Below are positions 28,459 through 37,723 of a DNA stretch of 64,000 nt, in pieces. The notes under the pieces were generated by a model. The model was not told the DNA's origin. It saw nothing but the letters and a program-made list of their open reading frames with translations, and searched no databases. The stretch is from the NCBI GenBank assembly GCA_035508555.1, contig DATJMU010000135.1:16607-80606 (forward strand). The letters are read 5' to 3'. This DNA comes from Terracidiphilus sp. (lineage in GTDB: Bacteria; Acidobacteriota; Terriglobia; Terriglobales; Acidobacteriaceae). A program made the position numbers and the translations under genes. How positions within the stretch are numbered: the first letter of the stretch is position 1; each line of letters opens with the position of its first letter.

Positions 28459-30465
28459 ATGCCGTCCTCCGACGCCCCAACCCGCACCCTGCCCACCCTG
28501 CACGAGTTCTTCGCGCCCGGCGGCATCCTGGCCAGCTCCCCCCTGCCCTACGAGTACCGGCCCGGTCAGCTCGAAATGGCCAAATCCGTCGAGCGCGCCC
28601 TCGCCGAGCGACGGCATCTCATCGTCGAAGCCGGCACGGGCACCGGCAAAACGCTGGCTTACCTCCTGCCCGCATTGCGCACCGGCCAGCGCATCATCGT
28701 CTCCACCGGCACCAAGGCTCTGCAGGACCAGCTCTTCTTCCGCGACATCCCCTTCCTCGAAACGCTGCTCGGCCCCCTCCGCGTCTGCTACATGAAGGGC
28801 CGCGCCAACTACCTCTGCCTCCACAAGCTCGCCGCCCTCCGCGACCAGCCCATCCTCACCGGCCTCGAAGAAGTGGACCAGTACCAGCAGATCGCCGCCT
28901 GGGAGCGCGAGACCGAGACCGGCGACCGCGCCGAGCTTGCCGGCCTGCCCGAATCCAGCGCACTCTGGTCCAAGCTCGACGCCCGCGCCGACGCCTGCCT
29001 CGGCAGCACCTGCCCCGACTACCGCCGGTGTTTCATCACCGAGATGCGGCGCCGCGCCCTCGAGTCCGACATCGTGATCGTCAACCACCATCTCTTCTTC
29101 GCCGACCTCGCCGTCAAGCAGGAAGCCGCCGCCGCGCCCGACGTCGGCATCCTCCCCGAGGCCGCCGCCGTCGTTTTCGACGAGGCCCACGAGCTCGAAG
29201 AGGTCGCCTCCAGCTACTTCGGGCTTTCGGTCTCGAACCTCCGTTTTGAGGAGCTGGCCCGAGACGCCGAGACGCTGCTGCGGGGCAAACCGGGAACGGA
29301 AAACCTGCCCGCCGCGACCCAGCAGCTCCGCGAGCGCGCCCGTCTCTTCTTCGCCGCGCTGCCTGCCGGCGACGGCCGGCAGCCCTTCGCCGAGCGCGAG
29401 TCCTTCCTCGAGGCCTCGGGCGACCTCTACCTTGGCGTCCGCGCCACCCTCAAGCTCCTTGAAGCCGAGATCGGCAACCTCGAAGAGGTCGATGAGGCGC
29501 CAGGGCTCGCGAAGCGCGCCGCCCGCCTCCGCTCCGAGCTCGAGTTCCTGCTCGAATCGAACGCGAGCAACATGGTTTACTGGCTTGAACGCCGCACCGG
29601 GGGCGCCTCCGCTGCATCCATCCAAAGATCCACCGTACGCAGTACCTACCTCCAGGCCACCCCCATCGACGTCTCCGACCTGCTTCACGAGCTGCTCTTC
29701 GACCGTGTCCCCACCGTCGTGCTCACCTCGGCCACTCTCACCGTGCAGGGCGGCTTTGAGCACATCCGTCGCCGCCTCGGCCTCGACCAAACCGGCCAAA
29801 GCGTCCGCGAGCTTGTCGTCCCCTCCCACTTCCGTTACGGCGAGCAGGCCCTCCTTTATCTCCCGCCCACCATGCCCGACCCCCGTGAGCCCGACTTCCC
29901 CGAGGCCGCGGCCCAGTGCATCGAGCGCGTCCTCGCCATCACCCGCGGCCGCGCCTTCTGTCTCTTCACCAGCTACAGCCAGATGCGCGCGCTCTATGAG
30001 CGTCTTCTGCCCGTCCTCGACTTTCCCCTGCTCCTCCACGGCAACGCCCCGCGCAAAGCCCTGCTCGAGGAGTTCCGCATGACGCCGAACGCGGTGCTCT
30101 TCGGAACCTCCAGCTTCTGGCAGGGCGTCGACGTGCAGGGCGAAGCCCTGAGCTGCGTCATCATCGACCGTCTCCCCTTCGCCGTCCCCAGCGACCCGGT
30201 AGTCCAGGCCCGCATGAAAGCCATCGAAGAAGCTGGCGGCCGTCCCTTCTTCGACTACCAGGTTCCCGAAGCCGTCTTGACTCTGAAGCAAGGCTTCGGG
30301 CGGTTGATCCGCTCGTTGGAAGACCGCGGCGTGCTGGTGCTGCTCGATCCGAGAATCAGGAGACAGCGCTACGGCCAAACCTTCCTCCAAAGCCTCCCGC
30401 CTTATCGCATGACTACGGAGATTGCGGATGTGGAGAGATTCTTCGGCGATGAAGAGGTACGTTAG
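28459..30465 (+). CDS. DinG/YoaA family Fe-S ATP-dependent DNA helicase
   Basis: EAGTGTGKT, Fe-S cysteines (YLCL; CLGSTCPDYRRC), DEAH, LTSATL, FWQGVD, QGFGRLIRS. Confidence 0.93.
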   Translation: MPSSDAPTRTLPTLHEFFAPGGILASSPLPYEYRPGQLEMAKSVERALAERRHLIVEAGTGTGKTLAYLLPALRTGQRIIVSTGTKALQDQLFFRDIPFLETLLGPLRVCYMKGRANYLCLHKLAALRDQPILTGLEEVDQYQQIAAWERETETGDRAELAGLPESSALWSKLDARADACLGSTCPDYRRCFITEMRRRALESDIVIVNHHLFFADLAVKQEAAAAPDVGILPEAAAVVFDEAHELEEVASSYFGLSVSNLRFEELARDAETLLRGKPGTENLPAATQQLRERARLFFAALPAGDGRQPFAERESFLEASGDLYLGVRATLKLLEAEIGNLEEVDEAPGLAKRAARLRSELEFLLESNASNMVYWLERRTGGASAASIQRSTVRSTYLQATPIDVSDLLHELLFDRVPTVVLTSATLTVQGGFEHIRRRLGLDQTGQSVRELVVPSHFRYGEQALLYLPPTMPDPREPDFPEAAAQCIERVLAITRGRAFCLFTSYSQMRALYERLLPVLDFPLLLHGNAPRKALLEEFRMTPNAVLFGTSSFWQGVDVQGEALSCVIIDRLPFAVPSDPVVQARMKAIEEAGGRPFFDYQVPEAVLTLKQGFGRLIRSLEDRGVLVLLDPRIRRQRYGQTFLQSLPPYRMTTEIADVERFFGDEEVR

Positions 30466-30505
30466 GTTGCGCGGAATAACTCTCTAGCTACATTCAATCA
30501 AAAGA

Positions 30506-30531
30506 GACTTAAAGTCCGTGGACCTATCGTC
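30506..30531 (+). promoter_or_regulatory. Double C-box operator of a restriction-modification controller
   Basis: GACT-TAA-AGTC CGTG GACC-TAT-CGTC, ending 15 nt before the C gene ATG; matches the GACT-N3-AGTC paired-box architecture. Confidence 0.85.
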
Positions 30532-30546
30532 ATCAACACTGTTCCG

Positions 30547-30780
30547 ATGGCATCGATGACGTCTGCACGGGACCGCAAAATTCAGAAAGAATTCGGAGAG
30601 CGTGTCCGCGCCTTGCGGAAAGGGAAAGGGCTGTCTCAAGAAGCCCTTGCGTATTCGTGCGGGCTCGATCGGACGTACATTGGGAGCGTCGAGAGGGGTG
30701 AGCGAAACATCAGCCTCGTCAACATCCATATCATCGCTCAAGCCTTAGGAGTTCTTACCAAGGAGCTCTTCAATGGCTGA
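30547..30780 (+). CDS. Controller (C) protein, XRE HTH
   Basis: FGERVRALR...LSQEALA...LDRTYIGSVERGERNISLVNI; 8-nt overlap with the downstream nuclease gene. Confidence 0.88.
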   Translation: MASMTSARDRKIQKEFGERVRALRKGKGLSQEALAYSCGLDRTYIGSVERGERNISLVNIHIIAQALGVLTKELFNG

Positions 30781-31471
30781 GCATAAATCGGTTCCCGCTA
30801 AACTCTTGCAACGAATCGAGGCGGTTACAAACAAGCGCGCCCGTGTTGTTCTCGACACGATCGTGAAGAAAGGGAGCATATCGACAACCGAACTGAAGGA
30901 CGCAGGGTACGATCATCCACCACGCGCGGCGCGCGATGTTGTCGAACTCGGAATAGCGCTGAAGCGCATTAAGGCGAAGCGGGCCGACGGCCAGATGATC
31001 GCTGCATATATTTTCGACGAGAGAGAGCTTGATCCGTCGAAGACTGGCCGCATTGTTCTGCCGAAAAAGGAACGCGATGCGATTATCGAGAGGAAAGGGC
31101 GGCGATGTAATCTGTGTGGGGCGACACACAATATCCAGCTCGATCACCGCATTCCCTACGAAGTTGCCGGCGAGACGCAACGAGAAGACGAGGACCCCTA
31201 TCAGCTGCTCGACGGTGCATGCAATAGGAAGAAGTCGTGGGGTTGCGAGCACTGCGAGAATTGGCTGAAGACCAAGAATATCGATATTTGCCGTTCGTCC
31301 TATTGGGCGAATCCGGAGTCATATATCCACGTTGCCATGCAACAGGAGCGGAGGATTGAGCTTGTGTGGATAGGCGACGAAGCTTCGGAATTTGAACAGA
31401 TCGAGCGGAAAGCACGACGAAACAACCGGTCGGTTTCCGACGAAATAAAAGCGGCCCTTAAACAAAAGTGA
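30773..31471 (+). CDS. HNH-family putative type II restriction endonuclease
   Basis: CNLCG, QLDHRIP, ACNRKKSWGCEHC. Lies downstream of C and convergent with a DNA methylase. Confidence 0.75.
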   Translation: MAEHKSVPAKLLQRIEAVTNKRARVVLDTIVKKGSISTTELKDAGYDHPPRAARDVVELGIALKRIKAKRADGQMIAAYIFDERELDPSKTGRIVLPKKERDAIIERKGRRCNLCGATHNIQLDHRIPYEVAGETQREDEDPYQLLDGACNRKKSWGCEHCENWLKTKNIDICRSSYWANPESYIHVAMQQERRIELVWIGDEASEFEQIERKARRNNRSVSDEIKAALKQK

Positions 31472-32373
31472 GAGGTATTTGATCGTCGAACGCCCGCAGG
31501 TCCAACGCCATATTGTCAGCACACGCAGGCGCCAGATTGTGTGAGATGTAGAGAGACTCGAATTGTCGTATGATCTTTACCGTTTAATGTTGCCTGGCTT
31601 GAACGCCCAACGTCGAGCAAGAGACGCAAGCCTAATTCGCTCGATAGTCGATCGCCGTACGTCTTGTCGCCGCATGAGCCGTCGTAGCTCAGGATGAACG
31701 GAATGCCCTTCCGCCTCAAGATTTCCAATCCGTCGATCATTCGGCTGCGTGTTACTCCTCCAATGTAACGAGAATCGCGTCCCTCGCTCGTACCCTGATA
31801 AGGGGGATCGAGATAGAAAAGCTCTCCGGGCTGGGCTGCTTCGAACAATTCAAGAAAATCCGCGCAGACAACACGAGTCCTTCCGTGGAGTAATTGGTGA
31901 GCCGCGAGAATCTCTTCCCGCATCAGATCCGGGCGCGTCCCAGTTCGTCTCTTGTCCGGCAATTGATTGAACTCACCCGATGGATTGAAGCGAACAGCAT
32001 TCTTGACGCATCGGGCCAACAGGTAAAGCAGCTTCGCTGGGTCGTGATCCCGATTGAATTGATCGCGCGCTTCGTAATATCCCTCGATCGGTCGCTTCCG
32101 CTCTTCGTTCCAAAGATGTTCGTATTCGTCCGCGATCGAGGTAGGGTCGTCGATAATTGCCTGCCAGAGATTTACAAGCGGCTCTAACACGTCTCCGATC
32201 AGGAACCTTTCAAATACGTTCCGCCGCGCCGCAGCGAGTGTTATAGCGGCTGAACCAGCGAATGGCTCAACGAGCTGTCCATAAGGCCCAGCGCCAACGT
32301 GACTTAGGATCGCCGCAGCCAGCCGCCGTTTGCTTCCCTGGTAGGGGATCGGATGGGGAACCGCGAAGCGCAA
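31458..32373 (-). CDS. Dam/D12-class m6A DNA methyltransferase, frameshifted near the 3' end
   Basis: PYQGSKRR, EPFAGS, YLDPPY. The reading frame as given stops at 31516; removing one base at 31561-31562 gives ...TIESLYISHNL...QIPLTFV* ending at 31458. Confidence 0.85.
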
Positions 32374-32571
32374 CCTTCACCTCGTTATAGTACGTAAAGT
32401 CATCATATACCCAGCCGCATCTGAATCACACTCTATCACCGATTTTGCTCGCCTTTCGGCGTCTGCGACTTTTGCAAGGTGTATGCGGTAAGATTGGCTT
32501 CGAAAAGGCAAATTAGCCCAAACTGGAATGGCTGGACGGACAATGTCAAATGCCTCGCGCCCGGAAAGAGC

Positions 32572-32772
32572 ATGAACAGGCATAAACCAGTCTGCAATCA
32601 CAGCGGCTCAACCTTCGACAGCTTTCTCGAACAGGAAGACATTCTCAAGGATGTTACCGACGCGGCCACCAATCGCGTGATCGCTTGGCAGACTCAGAAT
32701 CACCTTCGCCCTGCCCGTAGTCCCTGCAAACCCACAACCGCCCGCACCGCCGCAAATAAAACTGATCCCTGA
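32572..32772 (+). pseudogene. Truncated XRE/HigA-like antitoxin remnant
   Basis: N-terminus HSGSTFDSFLEQEDIL...RVIAWQ, then unrelated sequence; the HTH is missing. Confidence 0.6.
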
Positions 32773-32788
32773 TCCCTGACCCCTGCCC
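32762..32788 (-). repeat. Heptamer tandem repeat at the right edge of the RM island
   Basis: CTGATCC CTGATCC CTGACCC CTGCCC, abutting the stop codon of the next gene. Confidence 0.6.
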
Positions 32789-34351
32789 TCAGTACCCAAT
32801 CGCCCGCACCGCCCGCTCCCCCAGCCGCTCCTTCAACTGCGCCAGGTACAAGCTCTCGGGCGTCACCGGCACGCCTGCCGAGTCCACCGTCGCCGGCGTC
32901 AGCGCCGCCCGTGCCGGCCCTCCGTCGAACACCGGGAACGCCGGGTCGCTCTGCTCTCCCTTATTCCCAATCGACCAGATCATCGACCCCGGCGGCTGGT
33001 TCATCCCCAGCTCCCCGGCCTCCGAATTCCACACTACGCTCCAGCCGATCGCCCATCCGTGCCCCGTGCCCATCTCGCCGCGGTTCATCAGGTCGATGCC
33101 TCCGCCCGGCACCTCGCAGTTATCGATCAAGAGGCCCGTCGACCACCGCTGGTGCGGCTCAATGTGTCCGTTGCCCATAAATTTGCAGTTCAGCGCCACC
33201 ACCGGCCCCTGCTGCCCCGCCTGCGTCACGATGTAGAACGTGCTGTCCCCGCTCCCCGTGCACCGGTCGAACAAGATCTGCGTCCCGTTGCAGGCAAAAT
33301 CCGCCGGCTTGGCGTGGCTGGTCACGGCCACTTCCTGCGTCACGTCGTCCTTCAGGAAGGTCATCCGCGCACAGCCCTCGTTCACGCTCATCCCGTTCGT
33401 CGTGTCGGTCAGCCCCACCTCGCGTACCCAGCTATCCACCACGTCCCGGATCGAAACCCCGCCAAACGCCCGCTCCCCCAATGCGACCCGCCGCGCCGGC
33501 GCCACAAACCTGAACCCCTCCACGCCCACCTGCGAGAGCTGCCCGGTCACCGTTACCTTGCTCACCAGCGCGTGCCCGCCGTCGAAGAATCGCGAGTCGT
33601 AGTCATCCGTTAGCGGTACGGTCAACGTCAGCGTGTCCCCATCCACCGCCGCAATCTGCCGCCTCACTTCGAGATTCGGCGAGCGGATCCAGTGCTCCGC
33701 CTTCCCGTCGCGGTACAGGTTATTCATCCCCATAAAGTCGATCCAGGCCTGCGTCACCGGCTTCTCGATCAGGATCGTGTCCCCGGCCTTGAGATTTCCG
33801 GCATACGCCACGTGGATCGTCATCGTCCCCTCGGCCACGTAGTTGTCGGTGATGTAGGTCTCCACGCCCGAGCTCGTCTGGTCGAGATGCCCCGCGATCC
33901 GCAGCCCCAGGTGCGGCTCGCCGGTCATCTCGATCGTCGTGCCCTTGTCCCCGTCGCCCGCCCCGCGCAGCACCACGCCGGAAGCGGCAATCGCCAGCGT
34001 CCCCGCGCAGTGGAACTCGCCCGCCGTCAGCTCCACCGCCCCGCGAAACCCATCCACCAGCGGCAGCGCCGAAACCTCGTCAATTGCTTTTTGAATCGCC
34101 GCCGTATCGTCTCCGCCGGAAGGCTTCACCGTCTGCTTGGCCGGCACGTAAGGCAGCGCCACGCCCCCGCCCTCGTAGCCCGCATACGAGAAGTCGGGAA
34201 TGCCGTCGCCCCTGGCCGTGTATTGGTATACAAGCTTCCCTAGCGGGCCGGGATAGACCCACTTACTCTGGGCAGCTGGTGCGTTCGATGTGAGCAGAAA
34301 AGCAGCGGAGATGACCAGGGAAACTCGAGTGGGAAGGGAAGTGTTTTTCAT
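32789..34351 (-). CDS. Secreted pectate-lyase-superfamily (beta-helix) protein
   Basis: Signal peptide; IPDFSYAGYEGG, DDTAAIQKAID, SGVVLRGAG, PHQRWSTGLLIDN. Confidence 0.75.
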   Translation of the reverse strand: MKNTSLPTRVSLVISAAFLLTSNAPAAQSKWVYPGPLGKLVYQYTARGDGIPDFSYAGYEGGGVALPYVPAKQTVKPSGGDDTAAIQKAIDEVSALPLVDGFRGAVELTAGEFHCAGTLAIAASGVVLRGAGDGDKGTTIEMTGEPHLGLRIAGHLDQTSSGVETYITDNYVAEGTMTIHVAYAGNLKAGDTILIEKPVTQAWIDFMGMNNLYRDGKAEHWIRSPNLEVRRQIAAVDGDTLTLTVPLTDDYDSRFFDGGHALVSKVTVTGQLSQVGVEGFRFVAPARRVALGERAFGGVSIRDVVDSWVREVGLTDTTNGMSVNEGCARMTFLKDDVTQEVAVTSHAKPADFACNGTQILFDRCTGSGDSTFYIVTQAGQQGPVVALNCKFMGNGHIEPHQRWSTGLLIDNCEVPGGGIDLMNRGEMGTGHGWAIGWSVVWNSEAGELGMNQPPGSMIWSIGNKGEQSDPAFPVFDGGPARAALTPATVDSAGVPVTPESLYLAQLKERLGERAVRAIGY

Positions 34352-34511
34352 TTTTCTCCAGAGGATTTTCTCTATCTATCTAATTGGACCTCGGCGGCGG
34401 CCACAAAGACCCAACCTGTCCCCCGTTCACACCTTCACTTTTTTGCTCGCTGCATTGCGTGCTGGAAGTCCAATTCGGCAAGTCCCGGAAGATACTGTTT
34501 TGCGAACTCCT

Positions 34512-35072
34512 TTAGATGTACTCCCGATAAAGCTCCGGGGCGGGCGCAGGGATCACGCCGCGGCCCACCAGCATTCCGTCCTCGGCCGCCGCCTTCGATC
34601 CCGCAGCCACCGCCGCCTGCACGCTGGCCACGTCGCCGGCCATCAGCACAAAGCCCTTGCCGCCCAGCGCCATCGCCAGGTGAATCCGCAGCAGCGTTAC
34701 GTTGGCCGCCTTGATCGCAGCATCCGCCACGTCGATGATGCTTGCCGCCGAGAAGGTCTCCACCACGCCGATCGAGCGCAGCTCTTTCGGGTCGATCTCC
34801 ACCGACTGGGAGATGGCCGCGAGCACCGACGGATGCACCCGCGTAATCTGCCGCCGCTCGATCAGCGACGCGCCGGCAACGCTCGCGCCGGCCAGCAGCG
34901 CCGCCTGCACGCTGGTCACGTCGCCCGTCACCACAATGAGGAACTTGCCCGAGCAGATGCTCCGCGCCAGCAGTAGTTGAATATCGCCGGCCTTCAGCAT
35001 CGTGTCCTCGACCAGGAACCCCGTCGCCACGCTCGACAGCTCAATCAGTCCGATGGAGTTGATTTCCGCCAC
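34512..35072 (-). CDS. BMC-T tandem shell protein, PduT-like
   Basis: Two BMC domains (IGLIEL...GDVTSV; IGVVET...GDVASVQAAV); SICSGK carries the pore-position Cys. Confidence 0.88.
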   Translation of the reverse strand: MAEINSIGLIELSSVATGFLVEDTMLKAGDIQLLLARSICSGKFLIVVTGDVTSVQAALLAGASVAGASLIERRQITRVHPSVLAAISQSVEIDPKELRSIGVVETFSAASIIDVADAAIKAANVTLLRIHLAMALGGKGFVLMAGDVASVQAAVAAGSKAAAEDGMLVGRGVIPAPAPELYREYI

Positions 35073-35104
35073 TGCTATGCTCCTTCCCCTGAGAGGCCCC
35101 GCTC

Positions 35105-36442
35105 TTATGCCTCGATCGTGATCGCGTCCTTGCCCACCGTCACTACGCCGTCGATGCTGGCGTGGATGCGCGCCCCGAGCGTGCCTTGCTCCGGCGCGGC
35201 AATCAGGCCGCCCACGCGCACGCGGTCCCCGCACTGCACCGTCGCCACGGCCGGCGCGCCCGCGTGCTGCTTCAGGGGCAGCTTTACGCTGTGCGGCGCA
35301 AAGGCGTGGTCAACAAGCGGCCCCGTGTTGTTGTACTCGCCCAGACCGAGCCGCGCGATCAGCCGCCGCATCGGCACCCGCCGGAACTCCGCCATCGGGT
35401 GCGGCGTGACGGATGCGGGATCGCCCTTGAAGGTCAGCCCACGCTCCCTCGCCAGCGGCTTATTCTGCACACACACCGTTTTCGGATCCAGGTCCTCCGG
35501 GCACGCATACATCGTGCAGAGGTTGCACTCGCAGCAGTAGAGCGTGCCCACCGCTGCATCCGCCGCTACCTTGAATCCCAGCGACTGCATCGCCCGGTGC
35601 GGCTCGATCGGGTGCCCCAGCAGGAACCGCGGGCAGAACTCCGTGCAGAACCGGCACTGGTCGCACGCCGACCGCCCGATCCGCTGCACCTTGATCCACG
35701 GCGCGTTATGCCGCTGGATCAGCGCGTGCGATGCCGGAAGCACCACGATCCCGCCCGTCGTCTTGGTCACCGGCACGTCCAGACCCGCCGCGGGCTTAGC
35801 CATCATCACCCCGCCCAGCAGCACGCCAAAGTCCTCGACCGTCGGTCCGCCCGCAGCGTCGATCGCCTCGCCGATCGTGATGCCCACCGGCACGCGCAGC
35901 GTCACCGGCGTCGCCACCGCGCCGGCCACCGTCAGGTACTTATGCGTTACCGGCCGGTCCAGGCCGATGTTCATCAGCGTCTCCACGTTGGCCACGGCTG
36001 CGTCCACGTCCTTCGGCAGCCCGCCCGGCGGAATCACGCGCCCCGTCACCATGTGCACCAGGATGAACTCGTCACCGGCCGGATAAACGTCCGGCAGCGG
36101 CACCACACGCACGCCTTCGGGCGCCTGTTTCTCGAGGGCCTCGATGATCTCGTCGTACTTCTCCTTGATGCCGACCACGCCCTCGCGCGCGCCCGCCAGC
36201 TCCATGGCCATCAGGAGCCCGCGCAGGAAGGGCTCGGCGTGGTGCAGCAGCAGCTCCTTGTCCTTGTGCAGCAGCGGCTCGCACTCGGCGGCGTTGGCAA
36301 TCACCGTAGACGCTCGGGCCTTGAGCTTGACGGCGGACGGAAAGCCACCACCCCCGGCGCCCACGATGCCAAGCTCTTCGATCCGCTCCACAGAGGTACT
36401 CGTCCGGGAAACACTCGTTGCTGTACTCGCTCCTGACGTCAT
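35105..36442 (-). CDS. PduS/RnfC-like flavin and 2x[4Fe-4S] oxidoreductase
   Basis: GIVGAGGGGFP, ANAAECEP, CDQCRFCTEFCP, CCECNLC...CP, and a C-terminal LKQHAGAPA...GARIHASIDG sandwich domain. Confidence 0.88.
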   Translation of the reverse strand: MTSGASTATSVSRTSTSVERIEELGIVGAGGGGFPSAVKLKARASTVIANAAECEPLLHKDKELLLHHAEPFLRGLLMAMELAGAREGVVGIKEKYDEIIEALEKQAPEGVRVVPLPDVYPAGDEFILVHMVTGRVIPPGGLPKDVDAAVANVETLMNIGLDRPVTHKYLTVAGAVATPVTLRVPVGITIGEAIDAAGGPTVEDFGVLLGGVMMAKPAAGLDVPVTKTTGGIVVLPASHALIQRHNAPWIKVQRIGRSACDQCRFCTEFCPRFLLGHPIEPHRAMQSLGFKVAADAAVGTLYCCECNLCTMYACPEDLDPKTVCVQNKPLARERGLTFKGDPASVTPHPMAEFRRVPMRRLIARLGLGEYNNTGPLVDHAFAPHSVKLPLKQHAGAPAVATVQCGDRVRVGGLIAAPEQGTLGARIHASIDGVVTVGKDAITIEA

Positions 36443-36478
36443 TTCGGGTTTACCTTCATAATCTCTCAGAAGATCCGG

Positions 36479-36532
36479 TTGACTCTGATCGAAACTACAG
36501 AGTATCATTCAACTTCGATCAGAATCAGTCAA
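36479..36532. promoter_or_regulatory. Inverted repeat and putative promoter in the divergent BMC control region
   Basis: TCTGATCGAA (36484-36493) and TTCGATCAGA (36514-36523); TTGACT-N18-TATCAT on +; TTGACT also on -. Confidence 0.6.
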
Positions 36533-36534
36533 CA

Positions 36535-37710
36535 ATGAAATGCTTGATCCCAAATATCGGCAGCACCTCCTTCAAGTTCCGGGTCCTTGACATGCCCGCG
36601 GAGAAGGTGCTGGCCCAGGGCCGGATCGAGCGCATCGGCCAGCCGGGCAGCGAGTGCGCGGACTATGCAGCCGCCATCGCCCGGTGCCTCGTCGAGATTG
36701 TCGGTCCCGGCAAGCCACTCGCCAGCGTCAGCGAGATCGGCGCGGTGGGGTTCAAGGCGGTGCACGCCGGTCCGTTGAATGACTCGCAGATCGTCGATGA
36801 TGAGTTTTTGGCCGCGATGGAAGAGTTCTCGTTTCTCACCCCGGCCCACAATCCCCCTTACATCGCGGCCATGTGCGCCTTTCGGGACGTGCTGCCCGGC
36901 GTTCCGCTGGTAGCGGTGCTTGAGACCAGCCCCTACCGGCACATGGACGAGGCGGCCACTACCTATGCAGTGCCCTACGAGTGGCGCACCGAGTTCGGCA
37001 TCCGCCGCTACGGATTCCACGGGGCCAGCCACCGCGCAGCCAGCGAACGCACGCAGGCGCTCCTCGGCCGCAACCAGATTCGTCACATCTCCTGCCATCT
37101 GGGCGGCAGCTCCTCGGTGGCCGCATTTCGCAACGGCATCGCCGTCGACACCAGCTTTGGCGCTTCGCCGCAATCCGGCCTGCCGCAGAACAACCGCGTC
37201 GGCGACATCGACGTCTTTGCCGTGCTGCACATGATGAAGGAGCTCGGCCTCGATCCCGATCAGATGGCCGCGCTGCTCGGCAGCCAGTCGGGCCTGGCCG
37301 GCATCAGCGGCACCTGCGGCGATATGCGCGACCTCACCGACGCGATTGCGGCCGGCAGCCATCGCGCCCAGCTCGCGCTCGATGTCTTTGTCCGCTCCAT
37401 CCGCCACTATCTCGGAGCGTTCCTGCTCGAGCTTGGCGGCGTGGACGCAATCACCTTCTCCGGCGGTATCGGCGAAAACTCGCCCGAGGTCCGCGCCGGC
37501 GTGCTCAGGAACCTGGCGAGCTTCGGCATCGAGCTCGACGAAAGCAAAAACGCGAGCATCAAGGGCGAAGGTCCCATCTCGGCCGAGAGCTCCGCGGTGA
37601 AGATTCTCGTAGTTCCGGCCAATGAAGAAGCCATCGTCGCGCACGAGACTGTAGCCGTCGTCGAACGCGCCAACGCAGCGGCTCCATTACTTGCGGGCCG
37701 CGCCAACTAG
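36535..37710 (+). CDS. ackA: Acetate/propionate kinase, BMC-associated
   Basis: NIGSTSFK, PAHNPPY, RRYGFHGASH, CHLGGSSS, FSGGIGENS, PANEE. Confidence 0.88.
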   Translation: MKCLIPNIGSTSFKFRVLDMPAEKVLAQGRIERIGQPGSECADYAAAIARCLVEIVGPGKPLASVSEIGAVGFKAVHAGPLNDSQIVDDEFLAAMEEFSFLTPAHNPPYIAAMCAFRDVLPGVPLVAVLETSPYRHMDEAATTYAVPYEWRTEFGIRRYGFHGASHRAASERTQALLGRNQIRHISCHLGGSSSVAAFRNGIAVDTSFGASPQSGLPQNNRVGDIDVFAVLHMMKELGLDPDQMAALLGSQSGLAGISGTCGDMRDLTDAIAAGSHRAQLALDVFVRSIRHYLGAFLLELGGVDAITFSGGIGENSPEVRAGVLRNLASFGIELDESKNASIKGEGPISAESSAVKILVVPANEEAIVAHETVAVVERANAAAPLLAGRAN

Positions 37711-37723
37711 CACAGGATTCATC

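Noticed and set aside
28222-30390. Long antisense ORFs (also 1190-2671, 10876-12174, 19985-21232, 39681-40895 and others)
   Set aside because: They are mirror frames of high-GC3 genes with no recognisable motifs.
30466-32788. RM island as a prophage or IS
   Set aside because: No integrase, transposase, terminal repeats or target duplication are seen.
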